A DNA stretch of 64,000 nt from Eledone cirrhosa. Lineage: Eukaryota. Position 1 is the stretch's first letter. The number at the start of each line of letters is the position of its first letter. The notes under the pieces are model-generated. The model was not told where the DNA came from, did not search any database, and worked only from the letters and a program-made list of their open reading frames with translations. A program made the position numbers and the translations under genes. Shown piece by piece: positions 50,973 to 62,984 of the stretch. The stretch covers positions 264,802,001-264,866,000 of the forward strand of contig OZ024742.1 of assembly GCA_964016885.1 (NCBI GenBank), read 5' to 3'.

Positions 50973-50991
50973 CTTTATTTTATTTTTTCAG

Positions 50992-51057
50992 CTTTGAAAG
51001 TGGTGATGATGATGATGACCTTTGCAGCAATACTGACGATCCTAAGAAATATGCAAG
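50992..51057 (+). CDS. BMAL1: Next coding exon (66 nt, phase 2-2) of the probable BMAL1/CYCLE-like gene
   Basis: Acceptor TTTATTTTATTTTTTCAG, donor AAG|GTAATC; in frame with exon 37591-37723 giving (D)FESGDDDDDLCSNTDDPKKYA(R/S), the acidic linker and basic-region start that precede the HSxIEKRRR motif in BMAL1/ARNT proteins. Symbol tentative. Confidence 0.6.
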
Positions 51058-52312
51058 GTAATCCACATTTATTTTATTTTAATGTTTCTCTCATAAACTC
51101 TCAGCTTAGTCATTTCTGAGTCAATTTGGATTATAGAGATATAATTGTCTCTTGGCTGTTTAATTCTATCTTCTGGATAGGATCTTAGACTAGAATTAAT
51201 TCATTTGCTTGTATTTATTCTATGGGTTTGAGATGAACAAGAGCCTATGTTAACCTATGACTGATTTGAGCATAACAGTGTTGACATTGGCATCACAAAT
51301 TTCTGATCCAATTCTCTTTAAAAGTCTGCTAATATAACTAATCCTTTATAATAATTTGTGAAATTGCTTCTCAAACATTTTGATTCTACATCTCTTTATA
51401 TTATATTCTATTTTTATTCATATTATTTTTATTTATAACATAGAAAACATCAAAACCCACATCTCCAAGCCAGCTCTCTAACTGGAGGTGCCTAGCTAGT
51501 CATTAGGTAAATTCAGTCGTGAAAATAACAGGAAAATATAGGCCAGGAAAAGAAGCAGCAATTAAGTCTGGTACATTAGGGAGGCAACATGAGATCGATT
51601 GATATGTTTAATTTAGTTTAGGTAATAAAGTAACCAGATAAAAAAAAACATTGATCATCATCATCATCATTTTATATCTGGTTTTATTTTTCTATACTGG
51701 CTTGGGCTGAACATGTTTCAACGTAGCAACTTGCCACTTGTAACTGTACTTCTTCATCATAAACACATGACTACAGAGAAAGTTGCTAATATCTGTTATT
51801 GTGAATGCCATGTATATTTTTAGCATAGGTTTGATGGCAGGATGTCCTTCCTGTCACCAACCATTTTAGTGCATGGATTACTATATACACATATATGCAT
51901 GCACTCAGACACACAAACTACATAGATACACATTCTTACAAAAACATACATATGCTCTCATACAAATGCAGGAACTTGAACACATTGCATATGTGTTTAT
52001 AGATACACACATATACTGCCTGATATAATATATCTTTCAATGATTACTAAATAGGTAGGTTAGCTGAAAAATCCTTCCAACCTTTTTGGGGCTAGTTTTT
52101 TCTGACTGCAAGCCCTTTCTATCATGAACCATTTTCGGAGTGTGCTAGGTGTATTTATCATGTAAATCACCAACACTAGGGAGATTAGCTTAAAGAAATT
52201 TTGTCCGATTCTATGACTGGATACCTTTGTAGTCATCAACCATTTTACAGAGTGTACTGAGTGTGTTTGTGTAGATCACCAACAATACTAGAGAGGCTCA
52301 TATATATATATA

Positions 52313-55300
52313 CTAGCAGAATGTCCCGGTGTTGCTCGGGCTTCTAAACATAGATTGGCATGTTTACCCCTCCTTTCTGAAACAGCACAGATAAGTATGG
52401 AATATCTCGGCCTGGGGATGGTGTCTACATTTTGTGCTTAGGCAAATAATTTTCCATTAAGATTTTTCAAAAGCATGTAATTGCGTTCCCTCTCTTTTTT
52501 GTTGTTGTTTTTGTTGCTGTTGGTGTGATAGCGGCCGTTGGTCGTACTACTAACACAGTCTCGTCCTTCTTCAGCCAATCGTGTATATCCCCTTCTGCCT
52601 CGTCTACCTAAACAATGATTGTAGCACCTCCTTGTACACAATGTTCCTTGTTCTTCCGTGTCGGGCATATGCAAAGAGATTTGTGTTGCTTCCCACTCTT
52701 GAGCAGCCAACGTACAGTTGCCTGTGTGAAAAACATGACTCTTCCAAAAGAAGACCACCAACAGCTAGGGTCTGACCCTAGGATTTGTTGATAGACATTG
52801 CAAAGCTGACATGGTCCGGTGAATGGTTTGTTGGTTGTCTGTTTCAAGTGCTCTTCTGGTGGCAGTACATTCAGCATCTTGCGACCATCGAATAGCAGAT
52901 TCCACTGACAATTCGTTTGCCCACCTTGTTCTTTTTCTTGCCACTTTCACAGTATTTCGGCCAATGGAGTATCTCTTCCTTCGAGGCATGACCTAAAAGC
53001 AGGACGAAGTACTCTAAGACAAACTGGTAGAGTAAGGAGTAAACTCGTCACTGATGCATGTGATTTCCGAACCGTTGACTATGTAATTGATGGCCGTGTG
53101 CCAAAAGTAGTAGGACTTTTTGGGTGGCTTATCGGCAGTAACAATGACGATAAGCAGTCTGTGCTTTCGTGAAATAAATACATTTGTTTATATTTTTGTT
53201 TTTGTGTATGCAAAAATATCTGTACACGAATATATAATTATATATATATATGAGCTGATGGACCAGGTCATGAAAGTAACAGAAAGAGTTATAGCACAGT
53301 TGATTAGGGACCGGGTGAAACTAGATGAGATGAAATTTGGGTTTGTATCAGGAAGAGGCACCACTGATGCCCTCTTCCTTGTGAGTCAGTTACAGGAAAA
53401 GTACCTAGCTAAAAGTAAGCCACTCTACCTGGCATTCATCGATCTCGAGAAAGCCTTTGACAGAGTTCCACGTGCTATAATCTGGTGGGGTCTTAGAAAA
53501 CTAGGAGTAGATGAATGGCTTGTGAAAGCTGTACAAGCCATGTATAGGGGAGCAGTCAGCAAAGTTAGGATTAGCAATGAGTATAGCGAGGAATTTAGCA
53601 TACAGGTCCACCAGGGCTCTGTTCTTAGCCCTCTCCTGTTCATCATAGTCCTGCAGGCAATAACGGAGGAGTTTAAGACCGGATGCCCATGGGAACTCCT
53701 GTATGCAGATGACCTCACACTTATAGCTGAATCTATGGTAGAACTAGAGAAGAAATTCCAAACTTCGAAGCAGGGACTAGAAAGAAAGGGTCTCAAAGTC
53801 AACCTGACAAAGACTAAGGTCCTTGTAACTAGACGAGAAAACAGAGCCCAGATCCCCTCAGTGAAATGGCCTTGCTCAGTATGTAGGAAAGGTGTAGGTA
53901 GGAACTCCATTCTCTGCCCCAAATGAAAACAATGGGTACACAAGAGATATAGCGGGATCTCAGGAAGCTTAATTACGAATGTAGGCTTCACATGTAGCAG
54001 CTGTGCTGGGACAGCAAGCAGCAAACAGCCACAGGAAACAAGTACCACCAAACTCTGGGAGGGCTCTGTAGAAACAGTAGACAGCTTCTGCTACCTAGGT
54101 GACCGAATTAGCAGCAGAGGTGGGTGTTCAGAAAGTACAATAACTAGGGTTATAATGGGATGAAAGAAGTTCAGGGAGCTACTGCCACTGCTAGCTGCAA
54201 AAGGCTTTTCCCTCAAAATGAAAGGCAAACTGTATGATACATGTATACAAACAGCAATGTTACATGGTAGTGAGACCTGGGTGCTGAATGTGGAAGACTT
54301 GCGTAGATTAGAAAGCCTGCATACTCCGATGGATGTGTAATAGTAATATACGCGAACAGCAAAACATAAATGAATTGAGAGAGAGACTGAGCATAAGAGG
54401 AATTAAATGCTGTGTGCAGGAGAGGCGGTTGTGTTGGTATGGACATGCGATGCGTATGAAGGATGACAGCTGCATAAAAAGGTGCAGAGACCTAGAAGTC
54501 AATGGAAACCGCGGAGTGGGGAGACCCAAGAAGACCTGGGATGAGATGATAAAAGCTGACCTTACCCAATTACACCTCTCAAAGGTGATGACACACGACC
54601 GTGACCTCTGGCGTCATGCAGTAATACAGAATACCCGACACCCCACGGGTACAAGTCGAAGCTGAAGCATATAGACAATATGCCCCCACACCCTCCCACT
54701 GCAAAGTGGTCGTGGAGGTGCCATGGCAAAAAGCACCCAGCACTCACTGTAAATAAGGTTGGTGTTAGGAAGGGCATCCAGCTGTAGAAATCAAGCCAGA
54801 ATCAGTTCCCGTATGAGCAAGACAAGGTCAGCCTACCGGACACTGCTTACAACAGGACAACCCGTCTAACTCATGCTAGCGTGGAAGAACAGACATAAAA
54901 CGGTGATGATGATGATGATGATAATGATATATATATTAAAATAACAGATTAATGTTTAAGCAAAGAATCGCTGCATTCACCCTTAACAGGATCTTCTGAA
55001 ACTAAAAAAATCAATCTGTGAACGCAGTAAATATTTCGAAAAACGTTGCAACTGAAGGAAAACAGGTAGGCGATACTTTGGTTCGTGAAGATGTTCGCTG
55101 GCAATAAACGGAAAATAGCGAAGATAATATGTCAGCAATGCGAACAATTTTTGTCCTAATGTCGTAATGCAGACAGACAGACATACAGACAGATATTATA
55201 AGGGCGAGAAGTTATAGCTATGTATCTATCTAAAAGGACAGACTAAGAAAGAGAGAGAGATCGATAACCGGCGCCTAACATGCCTTTAACAACAGAAAAT

Positions 55301-55454
55301 TGAAAAATAAAAGCTGTAGTTAATATCTTTAGACCGCAAGGAATATATAAATGCAAGTTTGAAGTCAATCGGAGTAGAAATGTGGATTTGTATAGACTTT
55401 GCAAAAATTAGGACACACACACAGAGACAATTTAAGTTTTATATATATGTATAG

Positions 55455-55455
<1 letters not shown>
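52313..55455 (-). mobile_element. Non-autonomous Helitron (~1.45 kb of own sequence) containing a nested RTE
   Basis: - strand 5' end A|TCTATACATATATATAAAA..TGTGTGTGT at 55455; 3' end hairpin CCCGAGCAACACCGGG then CTAG|T at 52313; remnant ORF 52765-52989 MPRRKRYSIGRNT..ANE resembles Helitron Rep-Hel N-termini. Confidence 0.75.
53251..54928 (+). mobile_element. RTE-clade LINE, 5'-truncated (partner of SINE family A)
   Basis: ORF 53120-53926 from LMDQVMK: FIDLEKAFDRVP, HQGSVLSPLLF, LYADDL, WPCSVC; ORF 54333-54665; (GAT)n tail; short (TA)n both sides. Confidence 0.92.
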
Positions 55456-55459
<4 letters not shown>

Positions 55460-55485
<26 letters not shown>

Positions 55486-55554
55486 CGTGTGCGTGTGTGT
55501 GTGCGTGTGCGTGTGTGTGTGCGTGTGTGTATGTGCTAGTGTGTATGTGTGTGT
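55460..55554. repeat. (TG)n/(TGCG)n alternating purine-pyrimidine tract
   Basis: Direct reading. Confidence 0.9.
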
Positions 55555-57450
55555 CAGTGGCTAAGGGTGACTTGGAAATCAGGGCATGCAATCCAATTGC
55601 CAAGGCAGAGAGTGGGGTTATGGAACCTCTCCCATCTTTGAAAATTATTTGCCCACCCCATTTGTGAATGTGATATGAGCTAATGTTAATATAAGTGGTT
55701 CAGTGACACCATAAAAAACCTAATAGTAAAATTTCTCAAACTTGTTTTTCTTGATATCAACCAATTGTTTCTTGAAGTTTTCAACCTCATGAATGCATTT
55801 TGAAATATCAAGCAAACCTTTTGGAAGAATCGAAAACACAATTTCTAGAGCCACTAAGTATGGTTTCAAAAACCACTAATAAAATTCTTAACTGAAAATC
55901 TTTTAGGATTGCAATCAATCCCTTTGTCTATGTTAATTCTGAAGCATGCCAATCCTCTGGATTTTCTAATATGGTTGAAAATAGCTAATAAAATACAGTA
56001 ATTTTGTCAGATAAAATGGATACTTGTCAAGATGAATAATTCCAATATGTCTCAGGTAACTTTGGAAATCGCCTTCCAATGATTTCATTCAGTAGTGTTA
56101 TTTTCAACATCGAGAAAAAAGTTGAAATTCTTTTTAAAGTTTGGAAGAAAATTCAACATTCACGAATACTTGAAGCTGATTGAGGGAGTACCAAATTTAT
56201 TGAATGTGCATACTAATATGAGATTCGCACCAAAAATCTCCTATATTTTTCCTTACACTCCTCATCATGCTCACTCCATCATATTTTTACTAATATTGAC
56301 GTATCCCCCAAACCTTTATTGCAAAACACATGACAATTTCATTCAAAGATTCGTAGTTTCATCAAACATAACAGCGATAAATGATGTTTTTTTTTCGATC
56401 ATTTCGATTGTAGCAGCTATACGATTAATGATCTTATTTTGAATATCACTTGAAAGTCAAAAGAATGTGCAGTTAGCATTTTATATCACAAAATCTAAAT
56501 GTAATCTTAAACAATCATTGTATTCTGCTACTGCTTCACATGTAGCAAGAAAATTATTCTTATTGTTTGATCCTTCTGTTACATCATGTCCTCAATGTGA
56601 TAATTCTTGACAGGCCAAAATTTCAACACACTGAATTAACCTTTTCAATATATCACGATTTTTTTGGACTTATCTGTTATGTAACTGAATCAGTGATCAA
56701 TTGCTGTATCAATTCGTTATTGACCAAAGGTTTTCAGAGCAATTATGTTGACAAAATAACAGACATGGGAAACAGGACAATGTATTCAGAATGGGACATC
56801 CTGTCATTTACTCATACTGTTTATAATACTTAGAATCAAAATAATGATAACATTCCTTGCTACACACTTTGGTTTAGGTTTCCAATTCAAGCTTCAGTTT
56901 CTCTCTTCGAAGCTTCTTGCTGCAAAAGATTGGGAAATTAGAGGGAAAAATGAGCTAATTGGCTCTTTTGTCATCATGTGGGTGAATGAATACATGAAAA
57001 ATGTTCCTGGGATATAATTTTTTTTAAGCTCTATTCTAAAAAAAAAACAAAGGTGCAAGTTTTTTTTTTATGTAACTTTAAAAAAAATTGAAATATTTAA
57101 AATTGAATTTTAAAGCATTAGAAGGAATAAATGGATGAAAACTTTACTTTTTTAATCACAAAAATGAACTTTGTCAGCTACTCATCTTCACTCCAAGTGT
57201 GAAATATTCTAGAAGAAATTCTGGGTAGTGGTCATATGACTGAATCCGAGTCTTAAAACAGTAAAAAAGGAACTTTTCAGGTGACATTAAGGTTACCAAA
57301 CGTTCTACAGTATAGAATAATCGTACAAAATAAACCAGAATCAGCAATGATTCCAAATCTGTCCAAAAATGCTGGACAAGGCAATAAAAACATCATCACT
57401 TTGCTTTGGCATGCAAAATATAGTCTGCTTTTGACTTTCTCTTTTTGGCT
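55555..57450 (-). pseudogene. Decayed hAT transposase relic (ZMYM/DUF4371-type)
   Basis: Reverse translation ILACQELSH*GHDVTEGSNNKNNFLA, SSDIQNKIINRIA, FIAVMFDETTN..LSCV, RFGGYVNIS, DGVSMM, PETYWNYS; possible TIR CAGTGGC at 55555. Confidence 0.7.
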
Positions 57451-57589
57451 ACCTCTCACTTACCTCTTTTGCTCCCTGCGCAATAGGAAACAGACTAAGA
57501 TATTAACAAAACTAACAGCATTGCTTTTTCTTATGGAAAGCAAGTAATATAAAAATCAAATGCCTATCTCTTACCTCTGACTCCTTTGC

Positions 57590-58115
57590 TCAGAGGTAAC
57601 ATGTATCCCAGTACAACCTGTCCCATGGTTGGGTCGTTGGCGACTAAACTGGCAACCCTACCGAAGTTTCTTGGTGAGGAGGATGACTTTGGACATCCTG
57701 CAGGACTAAAAACAAAACCTGTCAAAGAGCAAAGGAGCTTTTAAGAGTCAATGGCCATCCAAAATCACCGGGAGAGATGCCCCCTTAGCCTTTGTCAAGG
57801 CAGAATTCTAGGAGAAGGAAAACTCTGATATAACACCTGCAACCCTGATGCTATCCAATGATGTTGACTTGTTCTTCTTTTTGGTAAATATCATCTTGGT
57901 TAAGAGAGTGGGACTGGCTTTGTGCAGTGCCTTTGCTCACTATAAAAGCTTCACGGCACAGGCATTGCTTTATATCTGGAGATCTCTCCACACTTGTCGT
58001 CACATGGTACCATGGGCCCAGCCCTATGTGTCAATAATTGTCACAAGTGTAGTGTTTGTACCAGAGTTTTCAAGTCACTGGCTGGACTAAAATGTCACAC
58101 TCGTTCAGTGCATCG
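57590..58115 (+). mobile_element. Probable 5' UTR fragment of an RTE-clade LINE
   Basis: GC-richer island with CTAGGAGAAGGAAAACTCTGAT and AAACTGGCAACCCTA motifs recalled from RTE 5' UTRs; no ORF support. Confidence 0.4.
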
Positions 58116-58564
58116 GTAGGGGTTCTCCTACATAGATATAAAGTAGTGGCCGTACTCGAAAACGAGTTGGCAGCCACCATGTATGTATGTATGTATGCAT
58201 GTATTCACACACATATATAATAGGTTTCATGGATGTGGGCACCATATTCATATGGTTGCGAGTACACACAAACATACTCATATATTTATTCATAAATCTT
58301 TATTTTGTCTTTTATTTTCTTCATGAATATTTAATATTTTACTGCTAATGCTTAATGGGGATTTCTTTATATGGAAGGATTTAGAAAGACATATGAAGAG
58401 ATGGAATGGAGGAGAGGGAAATCAAGGAGAAAAGGAAGATAACAAAATTCCTACTCACATCCAAAAGGCTAATAATATCAATAGTAAACATTAAAATATC
58501 TCTCAAGAGATTGATAGAGCAACAGATAGATAAATAATAGATAGAGGGAGAGTGAAGAAGACAA

Positions 58565-58595
58565 ATAGATAGATATATAGATAGATAGATAGATA
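58565..58595. repeat. (GATA)n microsatellite flanking the Tx1-like element 3' end
   Basis: Direct reading. Confidence 0.9.
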
Positions 58596-61500
58596 ACTTT
58601 CTATTTATTTGCCACCAGGCATCAAAGATTGGGACAAATACAAGAGGGGGAGTTTACATACATTTCAAGGGACGTGTAAAAACATATAACAAATCAAATT
58701 CAGCAATTGAAGTCCTCAATAGGGAGGGGGCGTTGACGTGGGTCGCACACACCCCCGAAAAAAATGTGCAACCCTCCTCCTCAGGAGCACAAAGAGCGGG
58801 TGCTCCCTTCCTCTCCTCCTTCCTCTCCTCTCTCACCTACAGGCTGATATAGAGAGAAGGCCCATTCACTCAGGCCATTCTCATCACTTTCACCCACCTT
58901 TCATAAAACTTGCTGGAGTAGAGCACCTCTCTCTCCATTCTGATCCTTCTTCTAAAATGGTACTTGAAAAAAAGGACCTGTTGTTGGCCGGAGAGAAAAG
59001 TGTCTGACCTCAGCCCTTTCAACTGTGTCCACCATACAACCTCTTTCACCATAGCTATCACAAAGAGGAAAACCGCCTCTCTTTCGTTTTTGAAGGAGGG
59101 AGGCGGTTTGATCATGACAATGTACTCGGTGGTCGACCGGATTGGTCCCACTCGCGACAGTAGTCGTTCCACATAGCCCCACAGGTCAGCAACGCCCGGG
59201 CAGTGTACGAATGCGTGTGCGACGGTTTCCTCGTCACGCACGCATCTCAGACAGATCTTCTTCGAGGGGTCCCTACCCGGGCGCCCATATCTGTAGAGCT
59301 TGTCCCGAATGGGTAGAGCTCCTCGGTAGCACTGCCAAGCCAGGGACTTTTGGAAGTCGTCCATCGGTCCCGGGCCAAACGTCCTACAGAACAGATTGGC
59401 TAGCTCGTCTTCCTCCATGCCCAGAGCCTCTCCGAGAGCATCGTCGCACTTGCTGCACACCAACCTTCCATAGAATGTTGAGGTTGAGTCTCCACTGATT
59501 GCCAGATCCGCTTGCCAGAGGGCCGTGAGCGCCTGGGCACATTCAATGTGCCAGTCGCCCACTTTTCTCAGTCTCGCTTGACCCAGGATTGCAGCTTGGT
59601 GAGTGAGACGAGTCTCGGAAAGGCTCGCCTCACAAAAGGGTCCCACACCGGCTGACTGGGGAGGAATACCTGGAGGTGCCGTAGCCTTAATGCGTGTCTA
59701 CGCATCGTCAGCCACGGCATTCCGAGCCCTCCGTTCGAAGGGTGTTGACAGCATATCGATCTTCTCACCAAAGGGGCCCACTTCTTCCAAAGGAATCGGA
59801 AGAGCGTGTGCTCCATTTTAGCGAGCGTTTTCGCTGGGCAAGGCACGATGGTCAAGCGGTAGTAGACGATGGACGCTATATAAATGTTTTCCACCTCCGC
59901 TCGACCTTTCAGGGATAGTTTGCACTCGGCCCAGTGTCGGAGAGCATCGGTTTGCCTCTCCACGTTCTGAGTTGCAAACCGACGGACTTGTCCTGGTTCA
60001 GCTTGGCTCCTGTAAACCTTTCGTATTCCTCCAGTAAGGTGCCGATCTGCCCGATTTCCGAGGCGCACGACACCATTACTGTCACGTCATCGGCGTAGGC
60101 CGACACCGCTTTCCGCAATCCCGGTTCCAAGGGGATTCCCTGCAACAGCTCCAACTTCCGCAGTAGTGGCTCGAGAGCCAGCACATACAGAAGGGAGAAG
60201 AGAGGGCATCCCTGTCGGATGGATCGCGCGATTTGGAACGGCTCCTAGAGGTAGCCGTTCACCTTGACCCTCGAACAGGTGTTGCTGCTGTGCATTGCAG
60301 CAATCCAGCCCCTGAAAACAGGTCCGAAGCCTGCCGCCGTGAGCACCGCATCCAGGTACCGATGTTCGACCCTATCGAACGCCTTAGATTGATCCAAGTT
60401 GATCAGGGCCCCACCAAAGCCGAGTTCGTTCCTTACCCTCTCTACGATGTATAGCATGAGGTGGAGGTTGTTGTGTATGGACCTGGATGGGATTGCGCAT
60501 GTCTGCGCTTCTCCCACCAGGTTCCCGATGACAAGCGCCAACCTGTTCGCTAACACTTTGGCCAAAATCTTTAACTCTGTGTTTAGCAGAGTTATGGGCC
60601 TGAAGTTATATATGTCATCCCCCTTCTTCTCGTCCTTCCTCACCAGCGTGACTACACCCTTGGTCACAGAACTGGGAATTCTCCCGTTTCGTTGCCAGTT
60701 GCAGTAGACCGCCTCGAGGAGATCGGAGAACAAGTCCAACATTGCTACATAAAGTTTGTATGGTAGACCATCGAGACCGGGAGTTTTGCGTTTGCCGCAT
60801 AGACTCAGCGCTTCCCCTATTTCAGCGGCTGAAATCGGCCGTTCGCAGGACTTCGCCTTCCCCTCCAAGAGCCGCGGCAGACTGTCGAGGTATGGACCGA
60901 AATCCATGGCCTAACCCGGCCCGCCATGTTGGTGGTGAAGAATTTAGAGTGGAGAAAAAGGAAAAGACACCTACCTGTCCTTCTCCTGGAGACGATTTGC
61001 ACAATTTCCATGGGGGTGTCGGCGGGGTTGTTTGATGGGGTGGTATTTGAGATGTGGTGGGGACATCAGTGTGTGGTGGGGTGGGGGTGTTTGGTGGAGG
61101 AGGGGTGTCTGGAGTTGTGGTGGTGGGGAAACATTTCAAGAGGACGCGGTTGCTAGGTCTAGTACAGGGCTTCCCCACGTCCTCGGGAAAGTTCTGTTTG
61201 AGCATTGCGTAGGTGTTCCTTGGGGCCCTAATCATTTTTAAATGAGGTTTAATCGCCGCGTTGGTGAACATTTTCCCTTCGGTTTCCACCAGTGTTTTGT
61301 TGTTTGTGTTGATGTATGTATACTGTTTTTGTTGTGTTGTGTTTGTTTTTGTTTGTTGTTCTTGTGTGTGTTTGCGTTTTGTAGTATGTGTTATGTTTTC
61401 GGGAGGGGTGGGTTTTTTTGTTTGTGATGTTTGTTCTGTTTGTGCTGGTGGTTGTGTGTTTGTTGCATTTTTGTTAATGTGGTGCCTTCTTTTCTTTCTT

Positions 61501-62961
61501 TTTACAGGTTGAACGGATTCTCCCTCGTCGTCACTGGGTGACGTTGATAAGGGGTCCTCGTCCGTGTTGTTGGGGAGGGGTATATTTTGGGGTTTTGTTG
61601 TGGTTGCTTTTGTATTTGTTTTGGGTGGGACAGTGTCTTGTGTTGTTATTTTTTCGTGTTGTTGTTGTGGTGGTGGTGGTGGTGGTTGTGTTGTTGTGTG
61701 TGGGGTGGGCAGAAGCGTCTTTTTTTTGGGGGGGGGGGATTTAAAAGGGGATAGGAAGCCCTCAGCTGACCACTTCTTGAACAGTGGTAGCATGAAGGCC
61801 GCCTGCCCTCAACAGAAATGTTTAGGAAGGCGACTCCATCCAGGGACACACGCTGCGGTATTCTTGCTATCCGTTCTGGTCTCATTTGGACCAGAATTTC
61901 AAGGCTATTCCCGCCGAATACGCCCCGGTAGATTCGCCTGACAAAAGGATTGTGTCCTCATCTTCTAAGAATCCCGTTAGCACCCACCAAATGCTCGCAT
62001 TTGGCCTGATGCCCGAGATTCTTATCTTTTGAGTTCTTTTCCTCAAATATGTGGGGAAAAAGGTGTATGCTTTGGATACAATTGGCGACACAGAATATTT
62101 CCGTGCCGCCAATTCATCTTGCATTAAAACAGATATGCTTCCATACAGTTTCCCTTTCTGTATGAAAGCGATATCCTTCCACTACTTAGGACCAGCTCAA
62201 TTTCGCTTTGGGACAATTGAGCCGGTTTCCTAGTCGTGTTCGAAACTGTCCTAAAGATTGCAGTCCTGAGGACTGTGTCCCTTCTAATTTCTTCGGGGGA
62301 GGTAATTGTGAATTCCCCACCTTCCCCGAAATTTACACAATTCCTTGCTTCTTTCAGCAATTTCTTGGCATTCGAGATGTCCAGTGCCTTGTATATCTGC
62401 GTTTCTCGGACCGCCTGTGCGAAGAAGACTGCAGCTGTGGGTCCGTTTTCTTTCGTGTTGTTAACATTGTTGTTGTTGTTGCTTTTTTCCTTTGTTGGTG
62501 TTGTCATTATTGCTGTTGTTAGTTGCGTTGTTATTGTCATTGTTGCTGTTGTTGGTTGTGTTGTTATTGTCATTGTTGTTCTTGTTTGTGTAATTGTTAC
62601 TTTTGAGTTTTCACCCATTTCCACAATTTTTTCTTTTGATTCCGTGGTTTCTTTTGCGGGAGTGAGGAGGGAAGGCTTACAGTGTTGTGCTGCTACATTT
62701 TCTATATCACTTTCCATGGGGGGGGGGGGGACGCATGCGTCGTATTAATGGCGTCCATTGTCACTAAATGACTTTTTATCGACAACTTATAACTATTAAA
62801 TTTCACCCCAAAAAGGGACGAAATTTATTTTACCCAACGTCTGCAGGCCCAGGCGAGGGGTTAAACACAACAAATAACAAATTACTTAAACAGACCTACC
62901 GCTTCTCGTAATGAATTCCGACAAAATGCAGGAGCGAAACAAAAACACGTCTATCTTCTCC
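58596..62961 (-). mobile_element. Tx1/L1-clade LINE with both termini, frameshifted ORF1 and ORF2, APE endonuclease region missing
   Basis: ORF1 pieces 62717-60930 with degenerate knuckle VEGRRPSCYHCSRSGQLRASYP; ORF2 pieces KTPGLDGLP, FRPITLLNTELKILAK, LDQSKAFDRVEH, AYADDV, CLRC..ETVAHAFVHC; AATAAA at 58604-58609 (-); (GATA)n both sides. Confidence 0.9.
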
Positions 62962-62962
62962 G

Positions 62963-62983
62963 AGATAGATAGATAGATAGATA
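62963..62983. repeat. (GATA)n spacer between two tandem Tx1-like elements
   Basis: Direct reading. Confidence 0.9.
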
Positions 62984-62984
62984 T

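Noticed and set aside
51058-58560. Search for the bHLH exon (HSEIEKRRR) downstream of the second exon
   Set aside because: Not seen by eye; the region is explained by repeats, so the gene identity remains unconfirmed within this window.
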